A DNA stretch of 64,000 nt from Octopus sinensis (taxonomy: Eukaryota). The position numbers and the translations under genes were made by a program. Shown piece after piece: positions 51,801 to 64,000 of this stretch (position 1 is its first letter; each line of letters opens with the position of its first letter). The stretch is taken from positions 52,328,001-52,392,000 of the forward strand of contig NC_043007.1 in the NCBI RefSeq assembly GCF_006345805.1. The letters are read 5' to 3'. The notes under the pieces are model-generated. The model ran no database searches. It had not been told where the DNA came from and worked only from the letters and a program-made list of their open reading frames with translations.

Positions 51801-54707
51801 TATAGTGAAATGTCAATTAAATGACATTCTATAATTTAATGAACATGAGAGGAAGAGGGGTCTTGTATGTAATAGGGGTCTTGTATGTAATAACAAGAAA
51901 ATAGGAATTCGCGAGACATTTGTCATAAGTGATAACATATTTATTACTGGAAATAATGCGTTAACATATAAGGTTAATTGAAGAAAAGCTTGTAACATTA
52001 CATGAACATATTCTTCGTGCAATCACATGTCTCCAAGTAAGTGAAGCGAATGTATGTGCAAACGGATGTGTATGCAGCAACCTGACTCAGTGCCGGTTTA
52101 AGAATCAGCAGACACTGAGTGGTGTGAATTCAGAAATTTGTTCCTTTATATAAAGGATGAACCAGAAGTCCCTGACTTCCACATCAACCAGAAGCTTCTA
52201 GAATGTTCGAGAACTTTCTAGAAGGTCGAGGGGGATTACTCTCATTAAATACTTTTTCCTTTTTCTTTCTTGCTTGACCGCCAGGGTACACTATATAACT
52301 CCCTCCTCAGATGAGCAGTCAATAAGCAAAATCATTGTAGTAATCCAGGGCAGATATGAAGCAAAACGAAGTAGCAGAAACATGTGCTTGCAAAACAAGT
52401 TGTAAAATAGGAGAAAATCAATACATGCATTGTGATAGGTACTGAATATAATTGCAGAGTTTGGTGCAGCAAACCTTTAGCTACACAGCTATGCACATCG
52501 AACTAAATGCAAAACATGGCAAAATGGAAATACAATGTGAAACATGCATGGGTAAAATGTTTGTGAATAAACGTTCTTTGTAAAAGAAATAGTAAGTTAA
52601 ATATACATAGTTCTCGATAATTTTTGTGTGAGTGCAACAGTAGATGATAAGGTCCAGAATAGGATGTATGCAGCATATTAAATATGTAACACTACAAAAA
52701 GGAAGCTGAAGGAAGGTCTTCATAGCTTGCTGCCCAGGAAGGTGGTTTCTGTGAGACAGAGCAAGCGAAACCAGACTTACAAGCATGATAACAATTGTCT
52801 AGGAAACTGGAAATCACAGGATGCAAAAGTCAAAGTGTAAGAGAGCGCAATGTTGGCTGCTGAGACACAAGCAGTGCCAAGATTTTACCTGTAAGAGCAG
52901 TGGGTTGCTTGCAGAGGCTGAAAGAGTGTAGGTGCTAGAAAAGCGACAGTGACTAGAAAAGCGAGTCAAACCATAAGGATGGCGGCAAAAGAAGGAAGTT
53001 CCAACATGCAAGAGACTTGGTGTTGATCAGGCACCAAAGGAAGAAAATGCATGGAACGCTACGTGATGCAAAGAAAAAAATGCATTTATAAGTGGTAGTG
53101 TGTGCGTCCTACAAACCAGAGAAGAAACACATGGCATAAACACATCAGGAGCTTTTTGCTAGATAAGAAGGGCTTGAGAAAAGCATTCTGCTAGAATAAA
53201 CCTAGAAATGTGTGGGATTGGATAGCATGAGGTAGAGAGCATGTATGTGTGTATGTATGTATGTATGAACATTGAACAATAAAATTAAGTGCAAGTGTAA
53301 CTGCTGAAAGCACTATGAAACAACACCGGCTGCAGAGTCTCATGCAGTATCTCCTAGTGAAAGCTGCGCATCAGAAACTAAATGTGCAAAGTGAGGTGCT
53401 GAATAGAGGGCATTTCACACTGTCAAAAGGCATGTTACAGAATGGATGTACATGAAAGTCTTAGAAAATGCAAGAAAAAATGCAATAAAAGAAAGAAATT
53501 GGAACAGAAAAGCTCATGATGAAGCTGAAAAGATAGGAAGAAGAAACAAGAAAGCATGCAAAATGTTCAGTTCATTGAATAACTGTTACAATGAATGCTG
53601 TTAAGAAATGCATGGTTGGTGAAATATTAAATGTCGCATTTCAGATTAGGAAGCTGTTTGAAGTGCCATCCAACTGTGTGGTGCTCAGAGTGACTGAAAT
53701 TTGCTGTAGAAGGTTACAAAATTGGTTGCTATATAGAAGATGGAGCAGGAACGATTAGAAATTAGTATTGAAGCTGTGGCAGTGGTGATGTTAGCATTGT
53801 GATCTGGTACAAAGGTTGAGGTGGTGACAGTATTAGTGGTATTGCTAACAACACAGTTCGTGTGCATGGCTGTTGAATTCCAGCCATGTGGAAAATTCAA
53901 GACAATCCAATGCAATAGAGAACTCCCGATATTTGGTGCGCACATCCACTGTGCCTGCTCAGAGTGGTAATTGCATGGGAAAAACCAGTGAGGAAGATGA
54001 AGACGAATGCCATGTTGGAAAAAACTCCATGAATTTACTGGCATAAAACGTTGACAGTCGACATTGTGAGAGAAAATTGCTTCAAAAGGAGATTATTTGA
54101 AAGAATACCATGCATTTCCTGGTAAGAAGAATGCATACTCTGTTAGGTACAAGTTCGAGGTGAAGAAAACAAATTCTAGAGGTTCACTTGAACAAGAGAA
54201 AATATCCTGACGTTGGGCCATTTATTAGTGAAATGTCGATTAAATGATACCCTATAATTTAATGAGCATGAGAAAAAGAGGGGTCACCATCTTGTACGTA
54301 ATAACAAGAAAATAGGAATTCGCAAGACATTTGTCATAAGTCATAACATATTTATTACTGGAAATAATGTGTTAATATATAAGGTTAATTGAAGGAAAGC
54401 TTGTAACATCACATGAACATATTCTTCTTCCAATCACATGTCTCCAAGTAAGTAAGGAAAGCATACACACGAGCGGATGTGTATTCAGTGGCCTGACTCA
54501 ATGCCAGTCTAAGAGTCAGCAGACACTGAGTGGCGCGAATTTAGAAATTTGTTCCTTTATATAAGGGATGAACCGGAAGTCCCCGACTTCCACATCAATC
54601 GGAAGCTTCTAGAATGTTCAAGAACTTTCTAGAAGGTCAAGGGAGATTACTCTCATTAAATTCCTTTTCCATTTTGCTTTCCTGTTTGACTGCCAGGGTT
54701 CACTACA
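51801..54707 (-). mobile_element. LTR element with about 490-bp LTRs and no recognisable pol
   Basis: LTRs are 51801-52295 and about 54224-54707 (TAGTG...CACTA ends). PPT AGGAGGGAG at 52299-52307, PBS-like TGGCCCAACGT next to the 5' LTR, and possible TSD GATA/GACA. Confidence 0.75.
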
Positions 54708-56093
54708 GACATAAAGAACTAACTTTCATTCTTTTAGATATAGATTATTTCAGCTCATCTTACCCTATGCCAGCATGGAACATGGACATTGAATGATGAT
54801 GATAATTTAGTATGATCATTGCAACTTAGAAGTTTAGAAAAAGTGTGAACTAAAATACAAAGAGTAAAAGACTCAAGGAAGAGCATTATGAGACATAGAA
54901 ATAGGAATATCATCATAATTCCTGTGACGATTAATGGAAAGAAATTTAGTTTTTGCAGAGTTAAAAGTAACAAGCAGCTACTGGACAGTTGTGTGTGTTG
55001 GTGTGTTGCAGTGTGTGCATGTGTGTGTGTGAATGAAAGAGAGAGACATAAAGAGATGGACAAACATCTATGACAACTTGCTGTATATGGGTGACAAATT
55101 ATATTACTGTCTTTGTTGTTATTTAACCCTAGCACAAGCCTGATTGAGCCTTCCTGCAATGATCATCCTTTTTTAGAGGTATGTAGGATTATATGTCATT
55201 TTATGGGTAAAACCTGGAGTAATAGCACTTCCTGAAAATCTAAATGTGGATGTAACACAACACTACTAGTGAGATGTGAAATATCAACTTTTACCATCTG
55301 CCAAGGTATCAGCACTTTCTTACCAACTTGGTTAGACATAACTCCTCTCTCCTCAGACATAAATTAGACACCCCACAGGAAAATATCATAGATTTGTGAT
55401 GCACCGTTGAGAAAACCATTTTAATATTACATAAACCAGGAGAAACACTGTACAGAAAGTGTTAAAAGAGATGAAGGTCATGGTTGGAATGCCTTTGATC
55501 AAAAAAACATGATTAGAGCTCACCTCAGGTTAAACTATAACAACTGTAAATAATTCACTCAAGCACTGTGCCATCACAAAATGATCACAATTCCCTACAT
55601 AGGACACTCCTAGAGACACACACAAACACACACACAAACATCCATAAACACACAAAGACTTATCCACACAGACAGAAACATACACCAAATTACTATATAA
55701 AATCATTAATTACTGCATCACCCCCACCCACCACCAAAAATAAGCTGAGTCATTTTCTGGATTAATTAGCATCAATAAAACAAAAGTAAATGACATGAGC
55801 ATATATTTCTGATAGTTTGTGCATGTGTGGGAGTGTGTGTGCATGTGTGCATGCATGCATGTGTGCGTACATGTGTGTGTGTATCACAGGACTAATGATT
55901 AATCATTTCATTGGCTGTAAGAGCAAGACAAAGCATTGATAACTTGTGATCAGACCTGCTACTTGCAGCAAGCAGAACAAGAAAACCTGTTTGCAAGCAG
56001 CAACATGCAGCTAATCTGTATGCTATACGTACATACATACATACATACATACATACATGCACATACACACACACACGCACACGCACGCACACA

Positions 56094-56133
<40 letters not shown>

Positions 56134-56556
56134 GCACACACACACACATGTTTATCCATTTGCCTAACTTATTAAGGCACTAAAGGAGAATGACTTTCCC
56201 CAGACAATAAAATATGCTTCAACTCATGAATCCACATCACAAATCTTGCAAACCACATATAAAAACAAAATAATCTATATCTATCTATCATCATCATCAT
56301 CATCTGTATATATATATATTGTTATATCAACTCCTCAACGTCTAGACTTCTCCCTCTATATCTATGTATTGGGCTAGCCTATTTCATCATCTGGAGGCAT
56401 CGACACAACATATATATATATATATATGCACTATATCATCATCTATATATATATATAATAACAAAGGGTAAAATTAATTAATTAAGAAGTAATCAATAAT
56501 TTCACCAAGTAGAATTCGGTATGAAAAAAGTCCATTTCACGGTAAACTTAAGTAAT

Positions 56557-57106
56557 ACTTTATAATTAGGGTTCAGCAAAGGTTTGCTTTACCACATACC
56601 GAATCTTAGAAATAGCAGTCAAAAAACCTTAGCTATTTCTTCTACTTTAAAACTGCAGTTTTTTTCTGTAGCATCTTACTTGCCACACGCGCTGTTGGGC
56701 AGGGGAAGGTGATGAACTTCATTCGTATTTTGAATTCGGCGGCACTAACACTGAATACGATCTGTCTGATACCGTTAGGTGGAGAGATATATTCAATTCT
56801 TCCAGTGCCTTCGAATTTAATATTTAATATTGTTGGAATCCCATGCTGATGAACGAAAATGGTTAGGTAAAGTATAAATCTATATTCTTTATACCGATCT
56901 AATTCCGAAACGCGCGTACATGGGTAACCAGATATGGATTGATTTTCGTTATTTTTCCTCTCTGCCTACATAGATTGTTTTCAAGTATTTTGGTTTTTCT
57001 GGGAGTCCCTTTTAAAAGTAGAAGAAATAGCTAAGGTTTTTTGACTGCTATTTCTAAACTTCGGTATGTTGTAAAGCAAACCTTTGCTGGACCCCAATTA
57101 TAAAGT
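56557..57106. mobile_element. 550-bp element with about 95-bp inverted arms enclosing a hammerhead
   Basis: Arms are 56557-56652 and 57010-57106. Confidence 0.8.
56840..56924 (+). ncRNA. Type I hammerhead ribozyme, core intact
   Basis: Stem I CCCATG/CATGGG; CTGATGA; long stem II (GGTAAAGTATA..TATA..CTTT.TACC) with a weak base; GAAAC-GCGC-GTA. Predicted cleavage after 56918. Confidence 0.75.
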
Positions 57107-57108
57107 TA

Positions 57109-57266
57109 CATACACCAACCCTATACATACACACGTCCAGACCTCTCATACGCACTAATACTCTCTCATACACACACACACACACACACCCTTATACATA
57201 CTAATACATACTAATACATACACCAACCCTATACATACACACGTCCAGACCTCTCATACGCACTCT

Positions 57267-57301
<35 letters not shown>

Positions 57302-57413
57302 ATACATACTAATACATACTAATACATACACCAACCCTATACATACACACGTCCAGACCTCTCATACGCACTAATACTCTCTCATACACACACACACACA
57401 CACACACCCTTAT
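57109..57413. repeat. Three tandem copies of an about 100-bp CA-rich unit
   Basis: catacaccaaccctatacatacacacgtccagacctctcatacgcact.. is repeated three times. Confidence 0.85.
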
Positions 57414-57573
57414 GTTGGAGCGGTCATTCAACCCTATTATCTCCCCTAATTTCGCTCTCGCGTCTCATGTTTGATCTTTGACTTCTGGCCGAAATCAGAT
57501 CGCCATGTTGATTCGTTAGTTACTGCACGCATTTTTTTTCTCTCCTTCTTTCTGTGTTTTTTTTCTCTGTGTA

Positions 57574-57611
57574 TCTTTCTGTTGAAGAGCGTAGGCTCGA
57601 AACGTTAAAGA
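57574..57611 (+). ncRNA. Minimal hammerhead variant (CTGTTGA core) in a short repeat at 57415-57710
   Basis: TCTTT-CTGTTGA-A-GAGC-gtag-GCTC-GAAACGTT-AAAGA. Confidence 0.55.
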
Positions 57612-57708
57612 CTTGTTTTATTTATATTTCCTGAGCGCCATACTAATACAATTGTTTGTTTGTTTTCCACCTGCCTTCGTCTTCTGTCTATTTTCATAAA
57701 GCTTCCCG

Positions 57709-57797
<89 letters not shown>

Positions 57798-57826
57798 TAG
57801 ATAGATAGACAGATAGATAGATAGAT

Positions 57827-57877
<51 letters not shown>

Positions 57878-58976
57878 GCCCTTGTTTACTATAGTGAGAT
57901 ATATATTTCTGCCTTTAGGTTGTAAAATTGCAAATTTAATCATTTAAATATGTTTTCTACAAAAAATTGTTGAAAGTTTGGTATGTATGTAAATAAATTT
58001 ATTTAAAAACAATTACAAGTTTTTCAAATTCAAGTGCATTTTCAAAAACAAAAATTTCCTCTATTTTTTCCTGTGTGGAAATACACTCCATCTTTTCATA
58101 TAGCTATCTATCTATCTTTATATATATAAAACTGAGTATGTGTGTCTGTCTGTCTGTCTGTCTCCCTAAAACTTGAGAACTACACAACCACTTTCATTCA
58201 AATTTTACACATGCCTTACTTAGGGTCCGGGGAGTGTCATCGGTAAAAAAAAAAATGTTCAACTTCTTTCCTAGAGCGAGCCCATAGTAATATCATATCT
58301 TCTCCACTACGATTCCCTAAAACTTGAGAACTACACAACCAATTCCATTCAAATTTTACACATGCCTTACTTAGGGTCCGGGGAGTGTCATCGGTAAAAA
58401 AAAAAATGTTCAACTTCTTTCCTAGAGCGAGCCCATAGTAATATCATATCTTCTCCACTACGATTCCCTAAAACTTGAGAACTACACAACCAATTCCATT
58501 CAAATTTTACACATGCCTTACTTAGGGTCCATGTAGTTTCATGGGCAAAAAAAAAAAATGTTCAACTTCTTTCCTAGAGCGAGCCCATAGTAATATCATA
58601 TCTTCTCCTCTATTTCAGTATTACGTGTTAAAAGCGAAACAAAAACGTTTCTCTATTTTATGTCAGATACTTTCACTTTAACAATAAAAATAATAATAAC
58701 AATTGAATTATATGTAGTAAGTAATAATTAAAATCAAACTAAAGTATAATATAATTGTAACATAACAAAAGTAAAAATAGCAATTGGTATAAAATCGCAT
58801 CAATGATTTGAACTTGAATAAGTCGTTTCACAAGAATGGGAATAAATTAAAAATAAAATTAGCGTGCAGAAATGGAATAGTCCAGATGGATAATAAAAAA
58901 TTAAATTAAAGAAAAGACTATTATCTATAAAGTATACAATGTAGAGAAAAAATAAAATTTGAACACATGGAGGAAA

Positions 58977-60896
58977 TCTACCCACGTGTGTTGTGAGTTA
59001 TTTTGTATGTGAAAATTGGAAAAAAAAAACTGTTAAAAACTGTCAAAAAATTGAATCGCGCGAGGCGTTTGCCACTACGTGTTTGAACCTTTTATAGAAG
59101 GTGTGTCGACCCTCAAGTCATGGAGACTTACGCGGGGGTCGCCACAACAAAAAGTGACGAGTCTCTTAGAATAAAAGAAGTGTTCTTTAGAAAAGAACAA
59201 TTGAAGGAATACGAGAAGTTCGTCAAAAGGGAGGGTGACAGCGTGAAGCTGGTCCCGCCTGTGGAAACAATAGAAGAAAAAAATAACAAGACGATAACGT
59301 ATAGAACGCAAGATAGAAACACGAGAAAACTGGTGAGAGTGACGATTGAAGAAATAGAGAAATGTCTGGGGGACATCATGAAAAAGCGACTTTTGTAGAC
59401 AGAGGAAAGAAATATGGTACGGTGGAGGTGAGATGCGCAACAAAGGAAGTGGCGGCCTCATTGGCTTCCACTGTCCTGAAAGCGGAAAATTTCACCATGT
59501 GGCCGACGTATAATGGAAGACGAGGGGTACGGGTAAGAGTCCCAAAGGTGCCCCCAAATATTAAAACAGAAATGCTGGTAACAGCCATTATTGGGGCAGC
59601 AAAAGAGGAAGTAGAAATAGGGTCAATTAAGGAGACGAACGTTGTAAATTGGAAGGGATTCGGAGTAGAGTTGTGGCTGATGGCCACAATGGAAGACATC
59701 GAAAGATTTCCCTTCCAAATAGAAATAGAAAACGAGAAAACAATTAGTGTAATAGTGGAAGGCAGAAAACCGAATTGCTACCTGTGCGGTTCAAGAGGGC
59801 ACATAAAAAAGGAATGTCCGCTGTATGAATTCACAGCGGAGCAAAAAGAGACACAAAGTGGAGAGAAGGAAAACGAACACGAAGGAAAGAACAGCGAAAA
59901 CAAGGAAAAGGAAATAACGGAGAAACAACAAGAGAAGGGAAGTAACAGCGCACTGAAGGAAAATGAAAATAAAGGAAGAAGATAGTAGAAAAGGAGCAAA
60001 ATTCACAGGGTGCAGAAGTAGTGGAGAAGGAGCCAAGGCAGAAGCAAGAGAAAGAAAAGGAAAGTACATTAAAGGAAAGAGAAAAAGCAGGAAAAGAACA
60101 AGAGAAGGAACAGAACCAAGAGAAAGGAAAAGATGGTATGCAAAAAGGAAAAGAAACAACAGGAAAGGAACTTAAGGCACAGGGTAGAGAGACGGCAGAC
60201 AAAGAGCCAAAAAGACAAGAGAAGGAAAAAGAAAGAAGAGAAAGCAAAAAGAGAGAAAGAGAGAAACCGAGGGAGGAGAAAAAAGAGGAAGTAAGTCCTA
60301 AGAGAAAAACTAGAGAAAACGTAGGTACGAATAGAAAATTCAAATACTATGGAACGTTGATCCATCACAAGCACTGTGAGGAGATGGAAGATTTAATAAG
60401 CGTAACAAACGGATATACGTGGGTCAGGATGGGCACCGAATGGAAAGAAACAGGTGCACTCGTCCACGAGAACGACGCCGAGGCGTTCATCGAGGCAGCT
60501 GGCAAGAACGTGTTAAAACATATGAAATGCCGACTTACAAGGTGGCCTCGAACGATGGAAGTTTACTCAGATTTGGTAGACATAATGGAGTATATATAAA
60601 AGAAAAGGTATTGTGAAAACTTTAATTTGGAAATGATAAAAAGAACTTTAAATTCTGAAAAAAAAAAAAAGAAATGTTGAACTTTGTAAAACTTTTGAAA
60701 TGTATGTTGAAAATGTATAAAATGTTTTATTTGGAAAATATTGTTGACGAATAAAAATAAATGACGAAATGTAACCGCTCGATTTCGGGGATCGAGTGGG
60801 CATTGCACCACATTGTACAAACTTCATAATTCATTATTCATTTTCCCGATTGTATTGTCCCATCTATGTAGCCCCTAGTGGGTAATAATAAAACAA
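58977..60896 (+). mobile_element. ORF1-only (HAL1-like) non-LTR retroelement, apparently full length, with 12-bp TSD
   Basis: TSD ACATGGAGGAAA at 58965-58976 and 60897-60908, AATAAA at 60887-60892, one frameshifted ORF of about 490 codons, and no RT. Confidence 0.75.
59120..60599 (+). pseudogene. ORF1 gag-like protein (frameshifted into ORFs 59120-59398, 59362-59985 and 60021-60599)
   Basis: Intact knuckle CYLCGSRGHIKKEC at 59776-59817, a long K/E linker, then an 85-aa C-terminal domain. Confidence 0.75.
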
Positions 60897-61378
60897 ACAT
60901 GGAGGAAAAGTGTCTTGGTGCGACTATGAAAGATATCTAATCAGAGGCGGTAAATTTGCCACAATAGAAGCAAGGTTCGAGTCAACGGAGCGCGCAAGGG
61001 AGTACTCGACTCGAACTTGCAAAGTGGAAATATTTTATTTTTTACCTTTATATCTGGGACGTAGGACATGGCGGAAAAAAATTTTAAATGCCCCCCCCAC
61101 CCCCCCGAAGTAGAGGTAGGCTGGATTGTAGCCACACTTCTATACAAGAGGGAGGACAAGATACAATTGATCGAAATTACAAGAGACGGGCTAACAATTC
61201 CAGTCTGTTATATATTTTGAGTATTGTTATCACTAGCGATATCAAGATATAACTTTGTATTTTGTATTTTATGTGTAGATGTATATATATAGATGTACAT
61301 GTAATATGTACACATATATAAACACATATATACATGCACTAGCACTATGACCCGGCAACAACGGGTCTTTAATGCTAG

Positions 61379-61630
61379 TATATATATAAAACTGAGAATG
61401 TGTGTGTGTGTGTGTGTGTGTCTGTCTGTCTGTGTGAATCCCTAAAATTTGAGAACTACACAACCAATTTCATTCAAATTTGACACATGCCTTACTTAGG
61501 GTCAATGTAGTGTCAGGAGTAAAAATAATGTTTAACTTCTTGCCTAGAGCAAGCCCACAGCAATATCACATCTTCTCCACTATTTCAGTATTATGTGTTA
61601 AAAGTGAAAGAAAAACATCTCTCTATTGTA
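61379..61630 (+). mobile_element. Second H1 Helitron 5' part, joined head-to-tail to the previous copy
   Basis: CTAG is followed at once by TATATATATAAAACTGAGAATG(TG)n..ccctaaaatttgagaactac. Confidence 0.7.
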
Positions 61631-61676
61631 TGTATATGGAGGTATATATATATATACACACACATGTATATATATG

Positions 61677-61719
<43 letters not shown>

Positions 61720-61722
<3 letters not shown>

Positions 61723-62198
61723 TTGTTATTGCCATATTAATATGGCAATCTTATAGATATAAGACTAAAAGCTGTCGCTGATTAGCTCCATGAGGCCATC
61801 GCCTTAAGATAGCTATATGACACACAAGCTGTGTCCATTAGAACCTTCGAACAAGGGAGGTCAGCCGCTTCACACTGCTAGTCAGACAGCTACAGACGCG
61901 TTTCAGGGTATTTGCCCCTTGTCAATGTAGCGTAGTCGACTCAGCAGGTGTCGCCACTGATCATCTCTGTTCGAAGGTTCTATTTACCTATTTTCGGTGG
62001 AATACATCCACTTGTTTTCAATAATAGAAATATTAAAATTACTAAGTCTCTCTAAAAGAGATTATGACAGCGTTACTGGAAATTAATTGTTATCGCCATA
62101 TTAATATGGCAATCTTATAGATATAAGACTAAAAGCTGTCGCTGATTAGTTCCATGAGGCCATCACCTTAAGATAGCTATATGACACACAAACTGTGT

Positions 62199-62200
<2 letters not shown>
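61720..62200. repeat. About 120-bp direct repeat pair enclosing an inverted 13-mer and a hammerhead-like motif
   Basis: Direct repeats at about 61720-61840 and 62080-62200; gaaccttcgaaca / tgttcgaaggttc at about 61842 and 61968. Confidence 0.75.
61889..61931 (-). ncRNA. Hammerhead-like motif with perfect stems but mutated core
   Basis: Minus strand GCTACA-TTGACAA-GGGG-caaata-CCCT-GAAAC-GC-GTC-TGTAGC. Confidence 0.55.
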
Positions 62201-62238
<38 letters not shown>

Positions 62239-62241
<3 letters not shown>

Positions 62242-63680
62242 GATGTATATGGCGGTCTGTATCGAGACGATTGTCTACTTTACCTACAGAATGCTCCGAA
62301 CAATATGATACAGAAGACTAAAAACAGATTAGCTAGATTTTTTAGCATAATGGGCTTGAGCATAGTTTTTGACGACGAATTAACTAAAGCCAACTTCTTA
62401 GATGTTACCCTAAATCTGCAGAATAATTCTTACTTCCCTTATCATAAGTCTTCTACTAATCTTAAATATATCAGCATTTTCAGTAACCATGCCAAAACTA
62501 TCACCGATAATTTAGTTAAAAATATATCCTTAAGACTATCAAATTTATCTGCTAATGTCGACATCTTTAACCAAAAAGCGGAATTTTATAACGCCGCCTT
62601 GTCAAAAGCCGGTTATAGAGATAAGGTATCATATATCGACCCGGCCCATTCTAAACCGATATATGCTTCTCAGGATAAGAAAACTAATAACAATAGAAAT
62701 AATGTAAATAATGATTTCAGCTCTAACAACGTCGACACCACTATACTTAACAAAAATAATTTACGGACCAGGGGAGGCAATTGAAAACCAACACCAATTC
62801 TCCAATACAGAAATACCCCCTTTAATGTAAATGGTAACACTCTGAACTATTCTAAGTCCAAAAAAAACTATATCTGGTTTGTCATTCCATTTGGGAAATA
62901 AATCAGGTCTAACCTCCCTTTACAGTTCCGTGAAGCCGTAACTAGGAACTTTCCCAGGAATTCTAGGTATTACTCTACTATCAATTCACATAAGGTAAGG
63001 ATTGCATTCTCCAACACTTGAAATCTATCGCAGATCATTGCTTCCCATAATAACAAGCTGCTAAATAAGGACTCATCACCAGGGAGTAGCGACACTGCCC
63101 TTACCAATTCCAACCAAACACATAATAATAATAATAATAGAAATAGTATTGATAATAGCAACATTCATAGCAGCGTTGGCATTAACAATAGTAATATTAA
63201 TAATAATTTTAGTCGGATTATTAACAGTGGTAGTGTTAGTGGTAATAACGACAGCATTTCTAATAACAGTGGTAGTATTGATGATAACAACCCCAGCATT
63301 CCTATAGTCAGGGAAATTGCCACCAGTGCAAAATTTCTTCCGGTACCAATGTCTTCTTCTACATTGGGGCAACTACTTCTAAATTAGCCCACAGGATCTC
63401 CAATCATTATTCAACTTTCCGAGATAAGAGAAAACAACACAGCACAGGACTAAGTAAATTAGTTTGGCGTCTTAAGGACAGCAATACAACTTTCAAGCTG
63501 GAATGGTCCATATTGTCTGTATCCTTTCCGTTTGATAAGGGCAGAAAATTTTGTGGCGTCTGTAATTCCGAACTTTTCCATATATTGTTCGCTAAAGTCC
63601 CTTTAATAAATACAATGGTCGAGAAATCCTATAGATGCATGCACTGGCAAAAACACACCTTTCACTCATATGAATAATGA
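62239..63680 (+). mobile_element. Penelope-like element remnant (RT C-terminus, Asn/Ser-rich linker, partly deleted GIY-YIG)
   Basis: GLYRDDCL, ANFLDVTLNL, FPYHK, LSKAGY; then IWFVIPF..NFP..VRIAFSNT; then LEWSIL..PF..CGVCNSE..CMHWQK. Confidence 0.85.
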
Positions 63681-64000
63681 TTAATATAGATAACCTCCTT
63701 GAATTTTAATAATATAGTCCCGCTTATACATCACCCCCATAGTCAATTTTTATACTCTTAAAGGACTACTACCCAACCCATTGAGGTATGTTTTACCTTT
63801 GTCTCTCTAACTCGCCCTCCTCTCTCTCTCTCTTTCCCTCTCTCTATAGTAAGCACAATCAAACACACAGACACAAACCTGTCACTTCACCACTGTCTGT
63901 TTTTGGCATCTACCCATCCACACACACAATCACGCACACACATACACACACATAGACATTAATGCAGTTATATACATACACACACATAGGCACTCATTCA

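Larger units (their letters stand above)
58115..61378 (+). mobile_element. Non-autonomous Helitron, family H1, interrupted by an ORF1-only retroelement
   Basis: A|TCTTTATATATATAAAACTGAG 5' end, three tandem units of about 140 bp, the captured ORF1 fragment, hairpin at 61349-61367 and CTAG at 61375-61378. Confidence 0.8.

Noticed and set aside
53685-54044. ORF inside the LTR element as a gag remnant
   Set aside because: It has only a faint resemblance to the gag LPxFW motif, which is not supportable without a profile search.
59376-60374. Long minus-strand hydrophobic ORFs (F/S/L-rich), also 643-930 and 921-1250
   Set aside because: They are antisense shadows of the purine-rich K/E-coding plus strand.

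Overview
This is AT-rich, microsatellite-saturated animal genomic DNA. The SINE families and repeat style suggest a cephalopod such as Octopus, which is an inference. I can support no host protein-coding gene. The window is a dense pile of transposable elements. (i) Two ORF1-only (gag-like, CCHC knuckle) non-LTR elements with no reverse transcriptase, resembling half-L1 (HAL1). (ii) A family of non-autonomous Helitrons that captured a fragment of a third such ORF1. (iii) Penelope-like element (PLE) remnants, plus about a dozen type I hammerhead-ribozyme motifs. Three have a full core and two-strand helix III (13626-13716, 17241-17321, 56840-56924). Several motifs sit in foldback or inverted-terminus cassettes. 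(iv) Four GG...CC long-TIR elements, each with an 8-bp TSD. (v) A cluster of deleted Ty3/Gypsy elements and an apparently non-coding LTR element. (vi) CR1-like, RTE, mariner and Tc1 fossils and tRNA-SINEs. The strongest candidates for undescribed biology are the hammerhead-bearing inverted cassettes and the ORF1-only retroposon family with its Helitron-captured copy. All coordinates and alignments were read by eye; no searches were run.
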